A DNA stretch of 59,753 nt from a virus (taxonomy: Duplodnaviria > Caudoviricetes). A model generated the notes under the pieces. It saw nothing but the letters and a program-made list of their open reading frames with translations. It was not told where the DNA came from and searched no databases. Below are positions 38,129 to 48,300 of this stretch, piece after piece (the first letter of the stretch is position 1; each line of letters opens with the position of its first letter). The stretch lies in the IMG/VR virus record IMGVR_UViG_3300016484_000665, positions 1 to 59,753 of that record. One strand, written 5' to 3'. The position numbers and the translations under genes are program-made.

Positions 38129-38413
38129 TCAGTAGTCGATATCGCGCGTACGGCGCATCAGAACAGGCTCCGTGCGCATCATGCTCTCTACCGGCACGCG
38201 CAGTTCCAGCACTGGGCCGACCTTGAGCTCTTTCACGATTTGTCGCAGCAGTTGTGCCTTGCCGATTTCACGCTCAACGTGCTGACACTCACCGGAAAGT
38301 GCGCGACCTGCAACCGCATTTGCCAGATTGGTCAGATATGCGTGCAGCTCCGCAGCGCCCTGCGGATTATCGTTCAGCATGGCGACCAGGTATGGACCCA
38401 TCATCATATCCAT
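38129..38413 (-). CDS. Hypothetical small protein
   Basis: TGATG coupling at 38413; helical sequence. Confidence 0.55.
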   Translation of the reverse strand: MDMMMGPYLVAMLNDNPQGAAELHAYLTNLANAVAGRALSGECQHVEREIGKAQLLRQIVKELKVGPVLELRVPVESMMRTEPVLMRRTRDIDY

Positions 38414-38661
38414 CAGTGCACCGTCGCCAGAACCGGCAATTCGCCCGGCAGCCAGCGGTAGACCCACTGCCCGACAACACACTCAAGGCCGGGATCCGCA
38501 ATCATCGTCGGTAGCACCGACGGATGCCGACCAAGCAGCGCGCCAACACGCTCGTTCGGGACGAATGACCACGCATCAGCACGGCCGTTGAGTGGCCGGC
38601 GGATCAATGTGCCGTAGGCGGTTTTGCGCGGCGATACCGCGGTGTCTTCTGCTTCACTCAT
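38413..38661 (-). CDS. Hypothetical protein
   Basis: GGAG RBS; coupled to its neighbours. Confidence 0.55.
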   Translation of the reverse strand: MSEAEDTAVSPRKTAYGTLIRRPLNGRADAWSFVPNERVGALLGRHPSVLPTMIADPGLECVVGQWVYRWLPGELPVLATVH

Positions 38662-38662
38662 G

Positions 38663-38944
38663 TCATCGCTCCATTACGGTTGCGATCCGGTCAATTGCCC
38701 GCCGGTCGCCCGGCATCATCATTTGCACCACCGTCGCGATGGCGTGCCATCGGACCTGCGCCGGTACCCCACGCTTGCGCCACGCGCACACCTGGTTGCC
38801 GGTGTACCGCGTGCCAAGCTCTGCGTTACACCAGTCCGCAACGAGCTGCGGACGGCCGTGCCACCACACCAACGCATCGGCCAAACACTGCACATTGCCT
38901 GCCTCGAGCTCGCGCAGCAGATCGCCGGTGGTGTATACGGCCAT
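38663..38944 (-). CDS. Cro-like HTH protein
   Basis: GRPQLVADWC...TGNQVCAWRKRGVP. Confidence 0.55.
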   Translation of the reverse strand: MAVYTTGDLLRELEAGNVQCLADALVWWHGRPQLVADWCNAELGTRYTGNQVCAWRKRGVPAQVRWHAIATVVQMMMPGDRRAIDRIATVMER

Positions 38945-38986
38945 TGTTCAGTGTGTTTTGCCATTGTACGCGGTTGAATTCGCCAA

Positions 38987-39015
38987 AGGATACTGACCGC
39001 AAAAACTCTATGCAA
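38987..39015 (-). promoter_or_regulatory. Sigma70-like promoter (leftward)
   Basis: TTGCAT-N17-TATCCT on the minus strand. Confidence 0.55.
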
Positions 39016-39042
39016 ATATGTATAGACGACACGCTCCTCGAA

Positions 39043-39072
39043 TTGACGACGTTAGCGTTATCGTCATAGCAT
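39043..39072 (+). promoter_or_regulatory. Sigma70-like promoter with overlapping operator (rightward)
   Basis: TTGACG-N18-TAGCAT; inverted repeat TGACGA-N11-TCGTCA (39044-39066). Confidence 0.5.
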
Positions 39073-39131
39073 GGTCCTGCCATCCCGGCGACTGGATGCG
39101 CGGGGCTCCCCGCGCGTAACGGAGGTGTGAA

Positions 39132-39470
39132 ATGACACAGTTTTATTGTGCGATCTGCACAGATCACGTTTCGTATGAAGGGTGTGTCGATGCAGACACA
39201 GTGCACCAAGCGGCAGTGATGGCGACGGTCGCCGCCAACGCGGCATGGGTGCCCTACGATCCCGACGGCCCCACGCTGCGGGCGCCTGCATGGGTCGAAG
39301 TGGAAGTCGGGTCATGGGATGAATACCTGATCGCCCGCGCCGGATCGTTCTACGATTACGCCCAATATCGGCACCATCGCTGCCGGTCCATCATCCTGCC
39401 CGCAATGCCGGAGGTGCACACATGCAAGACACGAGAGCTGCACGAGCTCACGCGGAGTCTGTCGGAATGA
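39132..39470 (+). CDS. Hypothetical protein (island)
   Basis: Strong GGAGGT RBS. Confidence 0.65.
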   Translation: MTQFYCAICTDHVSYEGCVDADTVHQAAVMATVAANAAWVPYDPDGPTLRAPAWVEVEVGSWDEYLIARAGSFYDYAQYRHHRCRSIILPAMPEVHTCKTRELHELTRSLSE

Positions 39471-39934
39471 TCCACGCGCACACAGCAGATTACCTGGTGC
39501 AGTCCGACTACACGGCACCGGTATGCTCCCGGAACCCTGAACCGCGCGCCCGTGGCGGCATAACGCTTGTCGCCCATTGCCTTTGTGGCCACCAGCAACG
39601 CACCAACGCAAACGGCGCGTGGCGAGAGGTCAGCGACTGGTTCTATATGCCGAGATCCTGGATTGTCGGACCGGTTGCAACAGTGCGCGTCAATCAGCGC
39701 GGTATGCGACTGATACGGCGGGCGATGGCCGAGCATGGGGACACGAACGCCAATGACCCCGCCACGCTTATACAGGTGAGTTCGGTCTACGCGCGCAGCG
39801 CTGAAGTCGCACTTTCCAACGGGCACGCGCCGCAGTTCGTTATCCCGGAGTTCGCGCGACATAACACCGGCGGCAGTCGTGTTGTCATGATGGCCGGCAC
39901 GTGGTTCGACTACGTGCGCGGAGATCCCTCATGA
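39467..39934 (+). CDS. Hypothetical protein (island)
   Basis: ATGA overlap; CLCGH motif. Confidence 0.55.
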   Translation: MIHAHTADYLVQSDYTAPVCSRNPEPRARGGITLVAHCLCGHQQRTNANGAWREVSDWFYMPRSWIVGPVATVRVNQRGMRLIRRAMAEHGDTNANDPATLIQVSSVYARSAEVALSNGHAPQFVIPEFARHNTGGSRVVMMAGTWFDYVRGDPS

Positions 39935-40095
39935 GCGCCGGTGCGGCACTGGCCGCGATGCGCAAGCACAGCCCAAGGGTGTGCGCATGCGGGTGTGAAA
40001 CCGTGTTCGATGGTTACGGCAGGCAGCGCTTTTTCAACGCTGCCCACCGCAAAGCAGCCTGGGCGAAGGCGCATCCACGGCGGGGGAAGGAGTAG
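39931..40095 (+). CDS. Small basic Zn-binding protein
   Basis: ATGA overlap; CACGC..F....RQRF...HRKAAW. Confidence 0.6.
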   Translation: MSAGAALAAMRKHSPRVCACGCETVFDGYGRQRFFNAAHRKAAWAKAHPRRGKE

Positions 40096-40096
40096 G

Positions 40097-42421
40097 TCAC
40101 TGCTGGAATGCCATCCCGTCACGCGCCCGGCCCGCGGGTTCCGTGGGCGGGGTGGCAACCTGCGGCGCCGGTGACTGCCGGCCGGTGGCCAGTTCCCTTT
40201 GCACACCCAGCTTGAGTGCGTCACGGGCAAGTGCTCCGCGCAGCATCATCCTCACCTTCTCCTTGTCGTGCTCTCGGTCCACGTTCCGGTCATCGATGTT
40301 CAACGCCTCGAGCGCTTCGGTCATTTGCCGGTGGTGTTCCTCCCGCTCCTGATCCAGTGTGGCGAGCGCAACCTTGAGGTCGCGATCCTTCTGGTTTTCA
40401 GCCGTCTGGAATTCCTGCCGGAGCTGTTCAACCGCCAACCGTACGTCGCCCTGTTGGGCAGACTGGATGAGCGCTTCGACAACCTTTTTCCATTCCTCGT
40501 CGTCGTACTCGAGGTCCGTGTACGACAACCGCCGCGACTTCACCCAGGCCTCAGCGACCTTGCGCGGGTCAATGCCCAGCTTCGGGTTCTCCGACAAAGC
40601 GAACAGTTCGCCGATGGATTGAGACTGTATCTCGCGTTCGACCAGCGCTGTGGATCCTCGAGCATCAATGACGAAATCACCCTTCGCTGTGTCGTCTGTG
40701 CCATGCAGCAGCAACCATTCGTAATACCGCTCCATGTGGGGTTCCGTAATCAGATCATCGAACAGCTTCGCGATCCGCCGCAGCACGGTTGATCCGTTGT
40801 TGTTGAGGATCTGCATGCCGCCCAGGGTCTTTGTCGCGTCGCCCTGTTGGCCCTGCAGGATCATCGGCAGGCCCGTGCTCTCCTCCGCGAAACGCAGAGC
40901 GAGCATGATGATTTTCTCGAGGTCCGTCTGCGCACTCGGCAGATCAACGAAACCGATCGCCCTGTGCAGATCGGTCAACGGGGCATCGGGCATGGCGAGG
41001 AAGCCCTTTCGTGGGCCGACACTCCACTCTCCATCCAGCGGCCTCAGATACCCAGGGTGAGCCCACCACATCCGTCCGCCCGACAGGCCGGCGTTATCCA
41101 TCATGTTTCGCACTGCGGCCAGCAGCATGCGCTGTGCGGCGCGAATGTGGCGCACGACACCCTGCCCGTAGGGTGTGCCCTCAAGCCGCTGATAGACCAT
41201 GTAGTCGTAGGGAAACGATCCGCTGTCCAACACATTCACAACGGCCTTGATGACATGGTTGTTCACCATTTCCAGCAGGACGTTGTAGTGCGTGCGCGGG
41301 GAGTCTTCGTCCGCCGTTGCATCCAACCCACCCGCTTCGATCTCGAGCGCCTGCAATTGTCGGCGCGTCAGGATCCCGTACGCATACCAGAGCTCATAGC
41401 CGCTGTGTCCGGCGCCCGGTTTCGACAGTCCGGCAAGCTCCATGCGTTCGGCCTCTCGATCCCAGAGCGCAATCGCCTGCATGGGGCCTTCAGCCAGAAC
41501 GGCGCGAATGGCGTGGTCTATGTAGCCGTCCTTGCCGATCAGATTCAGGAGCTCGCGGGGGCTGATCTGGTCCCGCTCGAAGTGGCAATCAGCCGCTTGG
41601 ATATCCGTTCCGCAGCCGGCGCCCGGATAACAATTCCACCGATCAACTCGCAGCGATCTGGGCTTGATGCTTTTTTGTACCTGCAGCCCTTTTGCCCTCG
41701 TCCAAGCGAATCGCTTGGTTTCCATCGGTATCGGTCCCTTCAGGACTCCGGTGCCGTACCGCATGCTGTCGTCGATCACTTCACGCGCCTCTGCGTGGAA
41801 GTGCCCCTCAGTCAACCAGTCATCCACCTGCTTTTGCGCACGTTCCGCAGTGAACAGCGCTCGAGCCTCCATTTGTTTCGCAGCCTCAAGCACCTCTGCC
41901 CGAGCTGCCTGGTATTCAGCCGTTTCGGCACCGAGCTCCGTGCGCAACTGATCATCCAAGTGCTGCGGGATCTGGCCACCCAACAGCGCGACCAGATCAG
42001 GGTTCGGCGTTGGTTTGAAACTGAACGCACGGTCATCGGTTGGCAGCAGCATATCGGCCACCCGGGCGCTGGCAGCGTCCGAGTAGGGGCGGGAAATGTT
42101 CACGAATATCGTTGATTTCGTGGAGCGCTGACGTTGTTCGCTGGGATTCTCGATCGCGCGCTTGCGCCACAAAGCACGATTCACCTCGCCGGCATTGTTC
42201 TCATCGATACCGGCGTACATTTCTTCGTCTTCGAGCCATAGCTCTTCGATCCCAAGCGCCTGTCGGTATTCGATCGCCTGGCTTCGCTTTTCAGCGAACA
42301 ACAAACCGACCTGGTTCAAGATCAATTGCCGCTCTTCGGCAGCGCGCTGTTCCTCGTTGTCCTGGTCCGGCTCGTCCAGCAGCGAATAGTCTTCAGTCAG
42401 GTGGTGCACGGCTTCGGCCAT
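40097..42421 (-). CDS. Portal protein
   Basis: 774 aa directly after TerL; YGTGVLKGP, PYGQGV, EESTGLP motifs; C-terminal coiled coil. Confidence 0.85.
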   Translation of the reverse strand: MAEAVHHLTEDYSLLDEPDQDNEEQRAAEERQLILNQVGLLFAEKRSQAIEYRQALGIEELWLEDEEMYAGIDENNAGEVNRALWRKRAIENPSEQRQRSTKSTIFVNISRPYSDAASARVADMLLPTDDRAFSFKPTPNPDLVALLGGQIPQHLDDQLRTELGAETAEYQAARAEVLEAAKQMEARALFTAERAQKQVDDWLTEGHFHAEAREVIDDSMRYGTGVLKGPIPMETKRFAWTRAKGLQVQKSIKPRSLRVDRWNCYPGAGCGTDIQAADCHFERDQISPRELLNLIGKDGYIDHAIRAVLAEGPMQAIALWDREAERMELAGLSKPGAGHSGYELWYAYGILTRRQLQALEIEAGGLDATADEDSPRTHYNVLLEMVNNHVIKAVVNVLDSGSFPYDYMVYQRLEGTPYGQGVVRHIRAAQRMLLAAVRNMMDNAGLSGGRMWWAHPGYLRPLDGEWSVGPRKGFLAMPDAPLTDLHRAIGFVDLPSAQTDLEKIIMLALRFAEESTGLPMILQGQQGDATKTLGGMQILNNNGSTVLRRIAKLFDDLITEPHMERYYEWLLLHGTDDTAKGDFVIDARGSTALVEREIQSQSIGELFALSENPKLGIDPRKVAEAWVKSRRLSYTDLEYDDEEWKKVVEALIQSAQQGDVRLAVEQLRQEFQTAENQKDRDLKVALATLDQEREEHHRQMTEALEALNIDDRNVDREHDKEKVRMMLRGALARDALKLGVQRELATGRQSPAPQVATPPTEPAGRARDGMAFQQ

Positions 42422-42433
42422 GTCCGCTCTCCG

Positions 42434-44146
42434 TCAGTACCCCGCGCCGGAATCGGTCATCCGGACAGAGGGCTGGGTAAATGGGATTTTCAACAAACTG
42501 GTATCGGTTCGATATGTGGCGAACGCCATCACGAACGCATCGGCAAGGTTCGGCGAACTGACCCCGCGCGTTTTCATTTCGGGCTTCGATTCAACACGGA
42601 TTTTCCCGTTCTGGTTCCACTTGCGCTGCGGCCTGGCAAGCTCCGCAACCAACTGCTGTAGCTCCGTGCACCGTGAATCTATGCTGACCAGCTTATCTGG
42701 ATCGATGTTTATCAACTGACCAGCTTTCGCGCGCTCGATGGCGTTGTACGTTTCCCGGAAGCGATCGTGCACCCACGTCCACGCCTGTGCGCGCAGGTTC
42801 AGGAAGCGGTCTTCGTTGGTCCGCTCCGTACGATCGGACTCCTCGCCGACCGCGGCGTAAATCTCCTTCGGTCGATCAACAGCACCACCACCGTTGAACG
42901 CCTGTACGCGATACCGGCCAGCAGCCGCGCTGGCCATGTGCACGCGCATTACCGGCGTGCCCATGCCGTCACCGTCGTATCGCAGCACGTCGGCACGGAA
43001 ACGGTCGGCCTCGTCACAAGCCCAGGGCAGCGCATCGTTGATGGTTCCGGTTTTCATGCTGCGCGCATCCATGCAGACGCTGCCCCATCGGTGCACGATT
43101 GCCTTCGCATCGCCTACGTCAGCAGGATCAAACCCCGTAACGCGAATGCCTGACGGCCGAAAGCCGAGCCGTGTGTGTGCATCGATGGCGGCCTTGATCC
43201 ACTTGGCAGGAATGAACTGATTTTCCTGGCTCGCGCTGTAGTCCCGGTCAACCTCCTGCGCAATGGTAGTCTCGTCTTCATCCTCGCACTTTTTGTCGTA
43301 CCAGGCCTGATCCTTCCTGGGATCCTCGCGCCAGTCGAAAATGAACACTTTGTCAGTGCCGTCGAACCGCATGCGCTTCTTGTAGAACGCATTACCGTTG
43401 CCGTTCACTGATGACACGTCAATCTTCACGTTCGTATTTGCGGATAGCGCACGGTCCGTGAGCTCTTGGTGCACGATGAACGCGGACTCATCAACGAAAT
43501 ACATTGAGGTGCGTCCACCGCGGCCGATGTTGTCGCCTGCCTCACCGATCAGCGCCGCGCCTGTACTCGGACACCAGATACGCATGTGTGCACTGTGCTT
43601 GTTGGGATCAAACCCACGTGGCCACAGCTCCGGAGGAACGAAGCTCAGAAACTCTCGAGCGCGATGGAACAGCGATTTGTCGTCGCCGGCCTGATCAACG
43701 TACTCCTGCTTACGGCTTCCGAAACCTGTGACGAAGCCCGGCACGCAGCAGAACTTGCAGACAGCGTAGCCGACGCACAACCAGGACACGCCCATGTCCC
43801 GGCTTTTCTCGACCAGCCCGCTATCCTGAGCAATCAGGCGCCGCTCGAGGTACTGCAGGTATTCAACCTGCCGCGGAAACAGGATGAACGGCAGCACCGC
43901 CAGTGCACCACCGCTCGCCTCGCGCGGGTCGAACGTCATGCCCCAATCATCAATGAACGCCCACGGCCTTGCGGCGTAGTACGTTTTGAGCTCCTGCACG
44001 CGGTTGCCGTTTTTGCGCAGCCAGATCAATCGCTGCTGACGGGCAGCGTAAATCGGCGTGTAGTTCGGGTTAATCCAGTCGTGATCAGGATGCAGGATCG
44101 GACTATCGTCCTGCGGATCCGATGCAGCGGCCGGCAATGCGCTCAC
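42434..44146 (-). CDS. terL: Terminase large subunit
   Basis: KSRDMGVSW (Walker A), FVDESAF (Walker B), GFDPADVGD and SPNLADA (nuclease). Confidence 0.92.
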   Translation of the reverse strand: MSALPAAASDPQDDSPILHPDHDWINPNYTPIYAARQQRLIWLRKNGNRVQELKTYYAARPWAFIDDWGMTFDPREASGGALAVLPFILFPRQVEYLQYLERRLIAQDSGLVEKSRDMGVSWLCVGYAVCKFCCVPGFVTGFGSRKQEYVDQAGDDKSLFHRAREFLSFVPPELWPRGFDPNKHSAHMRIWCPSTGAALIGEAGDNIGRGGRTSMYFVDESAFIVHQELTDRALSANTNVKIDVSSVNGNGNAFYKKRMRFDGTDKVFIFDWREDPRKDQAWYDKKCEDEDETTIAQEVDRDYSASQENQFIPAKWIKAAIDAHTRLGFRPSGIRVTGFDPADVGDAKAIVHRWGSVCMDARSMKTGTINDALPWACDEADRFRADVLRYDGDGMGTPVMRVHMASAAAGRYRVQAFNGGGAVDRPKEIYAAVGEESDRTERTNEDRFLNLRAQAWTWVHDRFRETYNAIERAKAGQLINIDPDKLVSIDSRCTELQQLVAELARPQRKWNQNGKIRVESKPEMKTRGVSSPNLADAFVMAFATYRTDTSLLKIPFTQPSVRMTDSGAGY

Positions 44147-44790
44147 GGCGCGCTTCCTGTCAGCATCGCCCGATAGATCGCGGCGGCTTGTTCAGGGGTT
44201 GTATCAGGCGTGATGAGCGTGGTCTGTGTTCGCAGCGGCCCACCGTCTGGCCCGCTCACCTCTGAGCGATCGGCCATCCCGTGATTCGTTGTCAGCATCA
44301 GCTTTGTGATCGGACCGGACAGTAAACCTCGGACACCACCTTCGATCAGCTTTTTACCCTGTACTGACATCAGGACACCCAGAGCATCCTGCAGGGACGC
44401 CTTGTGTGGATCCGTGTGCTCGATCTGCTCGCCGTCATCGTTCACCGGCTGCGCAGACCACCGATACAGCGACTGCACACTACAGCGCAGGTACGCAGCA
44501 AGACCTGTGACTGTCGGTATCAAATCCTCGTAGGGCTTCTTGTCGTGACGCTCGACATAATCCCAGGCGATCGCGGCAACGTCCTCCGACCAAACGCGGC
44601 TACGTCGCGGCGCAGCGCCTGCACCAGCCGCGGTCTTTGACTTTGGAGGGGGTATCTCGCGGCGCGCCTTCGGGATGGCTGTCGCCGATTTTCGGGGTCG
44701 AGCAGAAACGCCACCCGATCCCGCGTCCGACGCACGCGAAACCGCCTTCCGCGATGCAACCGCCTTTTCGCCTTTCGCCTTTCCCGCCAC
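44143..44790 (-). CDS. terS: Terminase small subunit
   Basis: PTVTGLAAYLRCSVQSLYRW HTH and EVSGPDGGPL; upstream of TerL. Confidence 0.8.
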   Translation of the reverse strand: MAGKAKGEKAVASRKAVSRASDAGSGGVSARPRKSATAIPKARREIPPPKSKTAAGAGAAPRRSRVWSEDVAAIAWDYVERHDKKPYEDLIPTVTGLAAYLRCSVQSLYRWSAQPVNDDGEQIEHTDPHKASLQDALGVLMSVQGKKLIEGGVRGLLSGPITKLMLTTNHGMADRSEVSGPDGGPLRTQTTLITPDTTPEQAAAIYRAMLTGSAP

Positions 44791-44830
44791 GCTTCAGCCT
44801 CGAGCGTCCCGGTGCCCATGAGGCACCACG

Positions 44831-45364
44831 TCAGTCCTGTACCACCAGCAGGGTTACCGCGAACTGCTCGAGCGTAATGGGCACATAGCCATTACGCACA
44901 ACGAGCTGGCCGTACAGCGCGCGTGCATCATCGCCGCCCGCCGCCTTGAACGGGATGTTCAGGCCGGGTCGCACGCATACCGCATTCCCGTCCACACCAG
45001 AATCCTGTTTTCCCACATACCAACTGGCCGTTGGGAACGTGATTATCGCGACCAGATCCGCAAGCTCCGCATCGGACGGGGCGAACGCTGCGTTGTCATC
45101 GACCTCAGTGAAATTCGTCCGGAACAACCACAACTCCAGATCTGGCTTCGTTGCGACGTTCGCAGAGGAACGGCACATCGCACCAACGATCTGGCCAGTG
45201 AACTGACCACCCTCACGCACCACACGCGAGAACACCAAATGGCCGCCGCCATCATTGCTGATGCAGTCGCCGGCCGAGTACGGTGTTACACCAGACTTTT
45301 TCGTGATGGTGTCCGTGACCTGTGCCATTTCGAAGCGCACCTGCGCATTGATCGTCCCACTCAT
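44831..45364 (-). CDS. Hypothetical beta-rich, probably structural protein
   Basis: 177 aa; GGAG RBS. Confidence 0.6.
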   Translation of the reverse strand: MSGTINAQVRFEMAQVTDTITKKSGVTPYSAGDCISNDGGGHLVFSRVVREGGQFTGQIVGAMCRSSANVATKPDLELWLFRTNFTEVDDNAAFAPSDAELADLVAIITFPTASWYVGKQDSGVDGNAVCVRPGLNIPFKAAGGDDARALYGQLVVRNGYVPITLEQFAVTLLVVQD

Positions 45365-45382
45365 TTCAAGATCTCCGTTTGC

Positions 45383-48300
45383 TTATCGACCTCTGAGCCG
45401 GCCGTACGCCCGGCCTGGCATTTCGGTTGCAATGATTTCCACCGGTGCCGCGGCCGGGGCCTCGAGCCCGGTCACCGTGCGCGGCGTAACCCACGCGCCT
45501 GCCTCTACCGCGTACCCGTAGATGGTGCCGGACAACGGGCCTGACGTGACAGTGAAATCGCAAGTTACAGGATCGAACGTGCCCTCGCCCTCATCCACAA
45601 CACCGTAGACCTCGTCGCCCTCAACGAGTCCTGCAGGCGGATACACCGCGGATTCGAGCGGGCCCAGGTTGCCAAAGTTGGTTGCAACATCCGCCGGCTC
45701 AACCCGGATGGTGCCTGTAGCCAGACCCTCAACCACCACCGGGAGGTTGCGCATCCAGCCTGTGTTGACGTGGTCACCTGTGTCGGTGAAGTCAGTCAGG
45801 GGCGGTAGCGTGACGATGGCAGAGGATCGGTCGCGCACGTGAACAGCAGCCGTCAGCGTGGGCGTGTGATCAGTGACCGCTGAGTACGGTCCAATCTGCA
45901 CGTCTGCGAACGCAATTTCACACAGCGAGTTTGTGTCAGCCCCGAAATACATGGTGCGTGAGCCGGCCACCTGGTTGTTGAACGTGACGCTGAACTCTCT
46001 CCACTCCCCGTCAAGCAGTGATCCGCTGATCGGGACTGTCGCGCGCACGACCGACGTACCGTTGTGATAGTCGCAGCTCAGAATCGTTCCGGACGTCGGC
46101 TTCGGCCCGGTCACGATCCTCGCCTTACACACCACCGTCCAATTGCCCGTCGCAAGGTTCGAGAAATTGTAGTTCAAATAGATGTTCGACCCGGATGCGT
46201 TGCCAATGTATGAGGACGCGCCCGGATACGTGTCGTCTGCGAGGTTGCCGTTGGCTACCCGGGTGGTGTTCGATCCAATGCCCCAACCGTTCGCGTTTGT
46301 CGCCCTGCTCTGCGGGAAGTGGTTGTCGCCAGCGATCAGCGCAGTCACGCCGTCAACAGTTACCTCATCCACAACATCTGCAAAAAGGGGATCAGCACTT
46401 GTTGTCTCGGCGTAGTCGGGAATGTCGTAGCCGCTGCATATCTGAATGCGCGCGAGATAGATGCCAGACGTGCCGTCCCCATTGTGGGTATCCGTAGAGC
46501 CGTTGTGACTGCGAAATCTCAGCCTGTTCAACAGGGCTGCAGACGTTGTCGAGGGCCACAGACGGAACGTGACTTCCCAGACCTTTGTGCCTGCTACCCC
46601 GTCAACAGTAGTCGTGCCAAGCTCAACCGCCGAACTTGAGTGAATTGCCGCAGTCCCCACTACGGCTGAAAAAAGGATCGCGCCGGTAGAGGGGTTGATC
46701 GCAATGTAGCTATGGTTTGAGGTGGTATCCCCATACACCTGAACCCAGGCATGCCTGAGAGCCGATGTGAATCGGAATCTGACGGATGTCAGAAGTGCCG
46801 GATTAAGAGCGAGGTTCAGGGATTCAAGTACGAATTGCGCACCCGTGGCGCTGTTTTCTTTGATCTTGTTGTAGGTGTCGCCACCGAACGTGAGGCTGTC
46901 GCCGAGTACCAGGTTCGTCTTTTGCCATGCGGAATTGGAAAAGGTTGCGCTGTAGGGCAGGGGGTTGTGTGGCCCTTGCGCTCGCACAATGACTTGGTCC
47001 GAACGAAGCGGGACATGCTCTGTGTCAATGAACGGCACATCGACCAGCGACGCCAGTAGATCCATTTGCAATCGCGAAAAGTAGCAGCCGTTGGAGCCGG
47101 CCATCGTGCCGGAACCGTGGTACGTGTTGATCCTGACGTTAGGAGTAGAGGACCCCACTCCGGTACTCATGTTTTCGAGGTAGATGCGGTAGCCGCCTGT
47201 TATAGCCTCGAATCGTCGCGTTGCACTCCCAAGCGCCGACCCGTTAGCCGCAGAGGTCCATGCGCCGGTCGATGCGTTGAAGACGCCTGTGGAGCCGTAG
47301 TTTCCGGCCCGGTCATAGAACGAAATGTCAGCGGATGTGAATTCGCCCGCATAGATGTCAATGGCAAAGGAGATCGGCGTGCTCGCGGGAATCTCTGCCA
47401 GCGAGAAATCATATCGGTAGATCGCGTAGCTCCCTGCGACTGATGGAATCATCTTCCATGCAGGTTTGCCGTCAGGATTCATTACAGTGCTGGAAACCAC
47501 TGTCGAGCACTGCTGCTTCGAGTACAGCGCGTTGCCAAACATGCTGGCCCATCGCATGCGATTCCACACCACCGGCGGCTTGACGTTGTACGCCTCACCG
47601 CTGGTCTGCAGCGTGATTTCCGCCGGCACTTCCGCATTGGCTGCGAAGTTCTCGTACTCAATCGGATATGTGCCCGACTGATTGACGGAGAACAGACCGA
47701 CTTTAGTTGCGGTAGTGGCGAGAGCGCGAGGCGGCACCGCTGCAGAAATGACGAGCGTATCTTCGCAGTAAACGTCGATGGCCCCGTCCACCGACGCGAT
47801 GTCGATGGTAAACGAGCCCAGCGCCGACAGATCGTAAGTGCCGTTACCGAAGCCCGGGTACGCCACACCCAGGTGGCGCTGGTTGAGCTGGAATGTCCCG
47901 TCAGCAGCGGTGATCTTCAGCGAAAGCCGGTTCGCGCTGTCCTGCCAATTGAACTGAATGGTGTGAATCTGAGTCGTTGCGTCAACAACGATGTCAACGG
48001 ACACCTGCTGGTTCGTCGATTCAGTCTCGATGACAGAGCCTGCACCACCGGCCGTGATGCGCAGCTTGTTGCCCTCGATGGTGACACCTGAAGAGGGTAC
48101 CGCGACCGTGTCGTTTTCCGCCGCATAGGCCCACCCCAGAGTGGACTCGTCAATGTCCGGCGTGTGATCTGGCAGCGCAGTGCCGTTGGTGTCCGTGAAC
48201 GTGTCAACGATCCGGTTCTGCCCGATGTACACCGTGATGTCTGGGCGCGAGAGCAGCGTCAGCGCGGACACATCCCAGGCCCAGACAGAGAACGTCGCCG

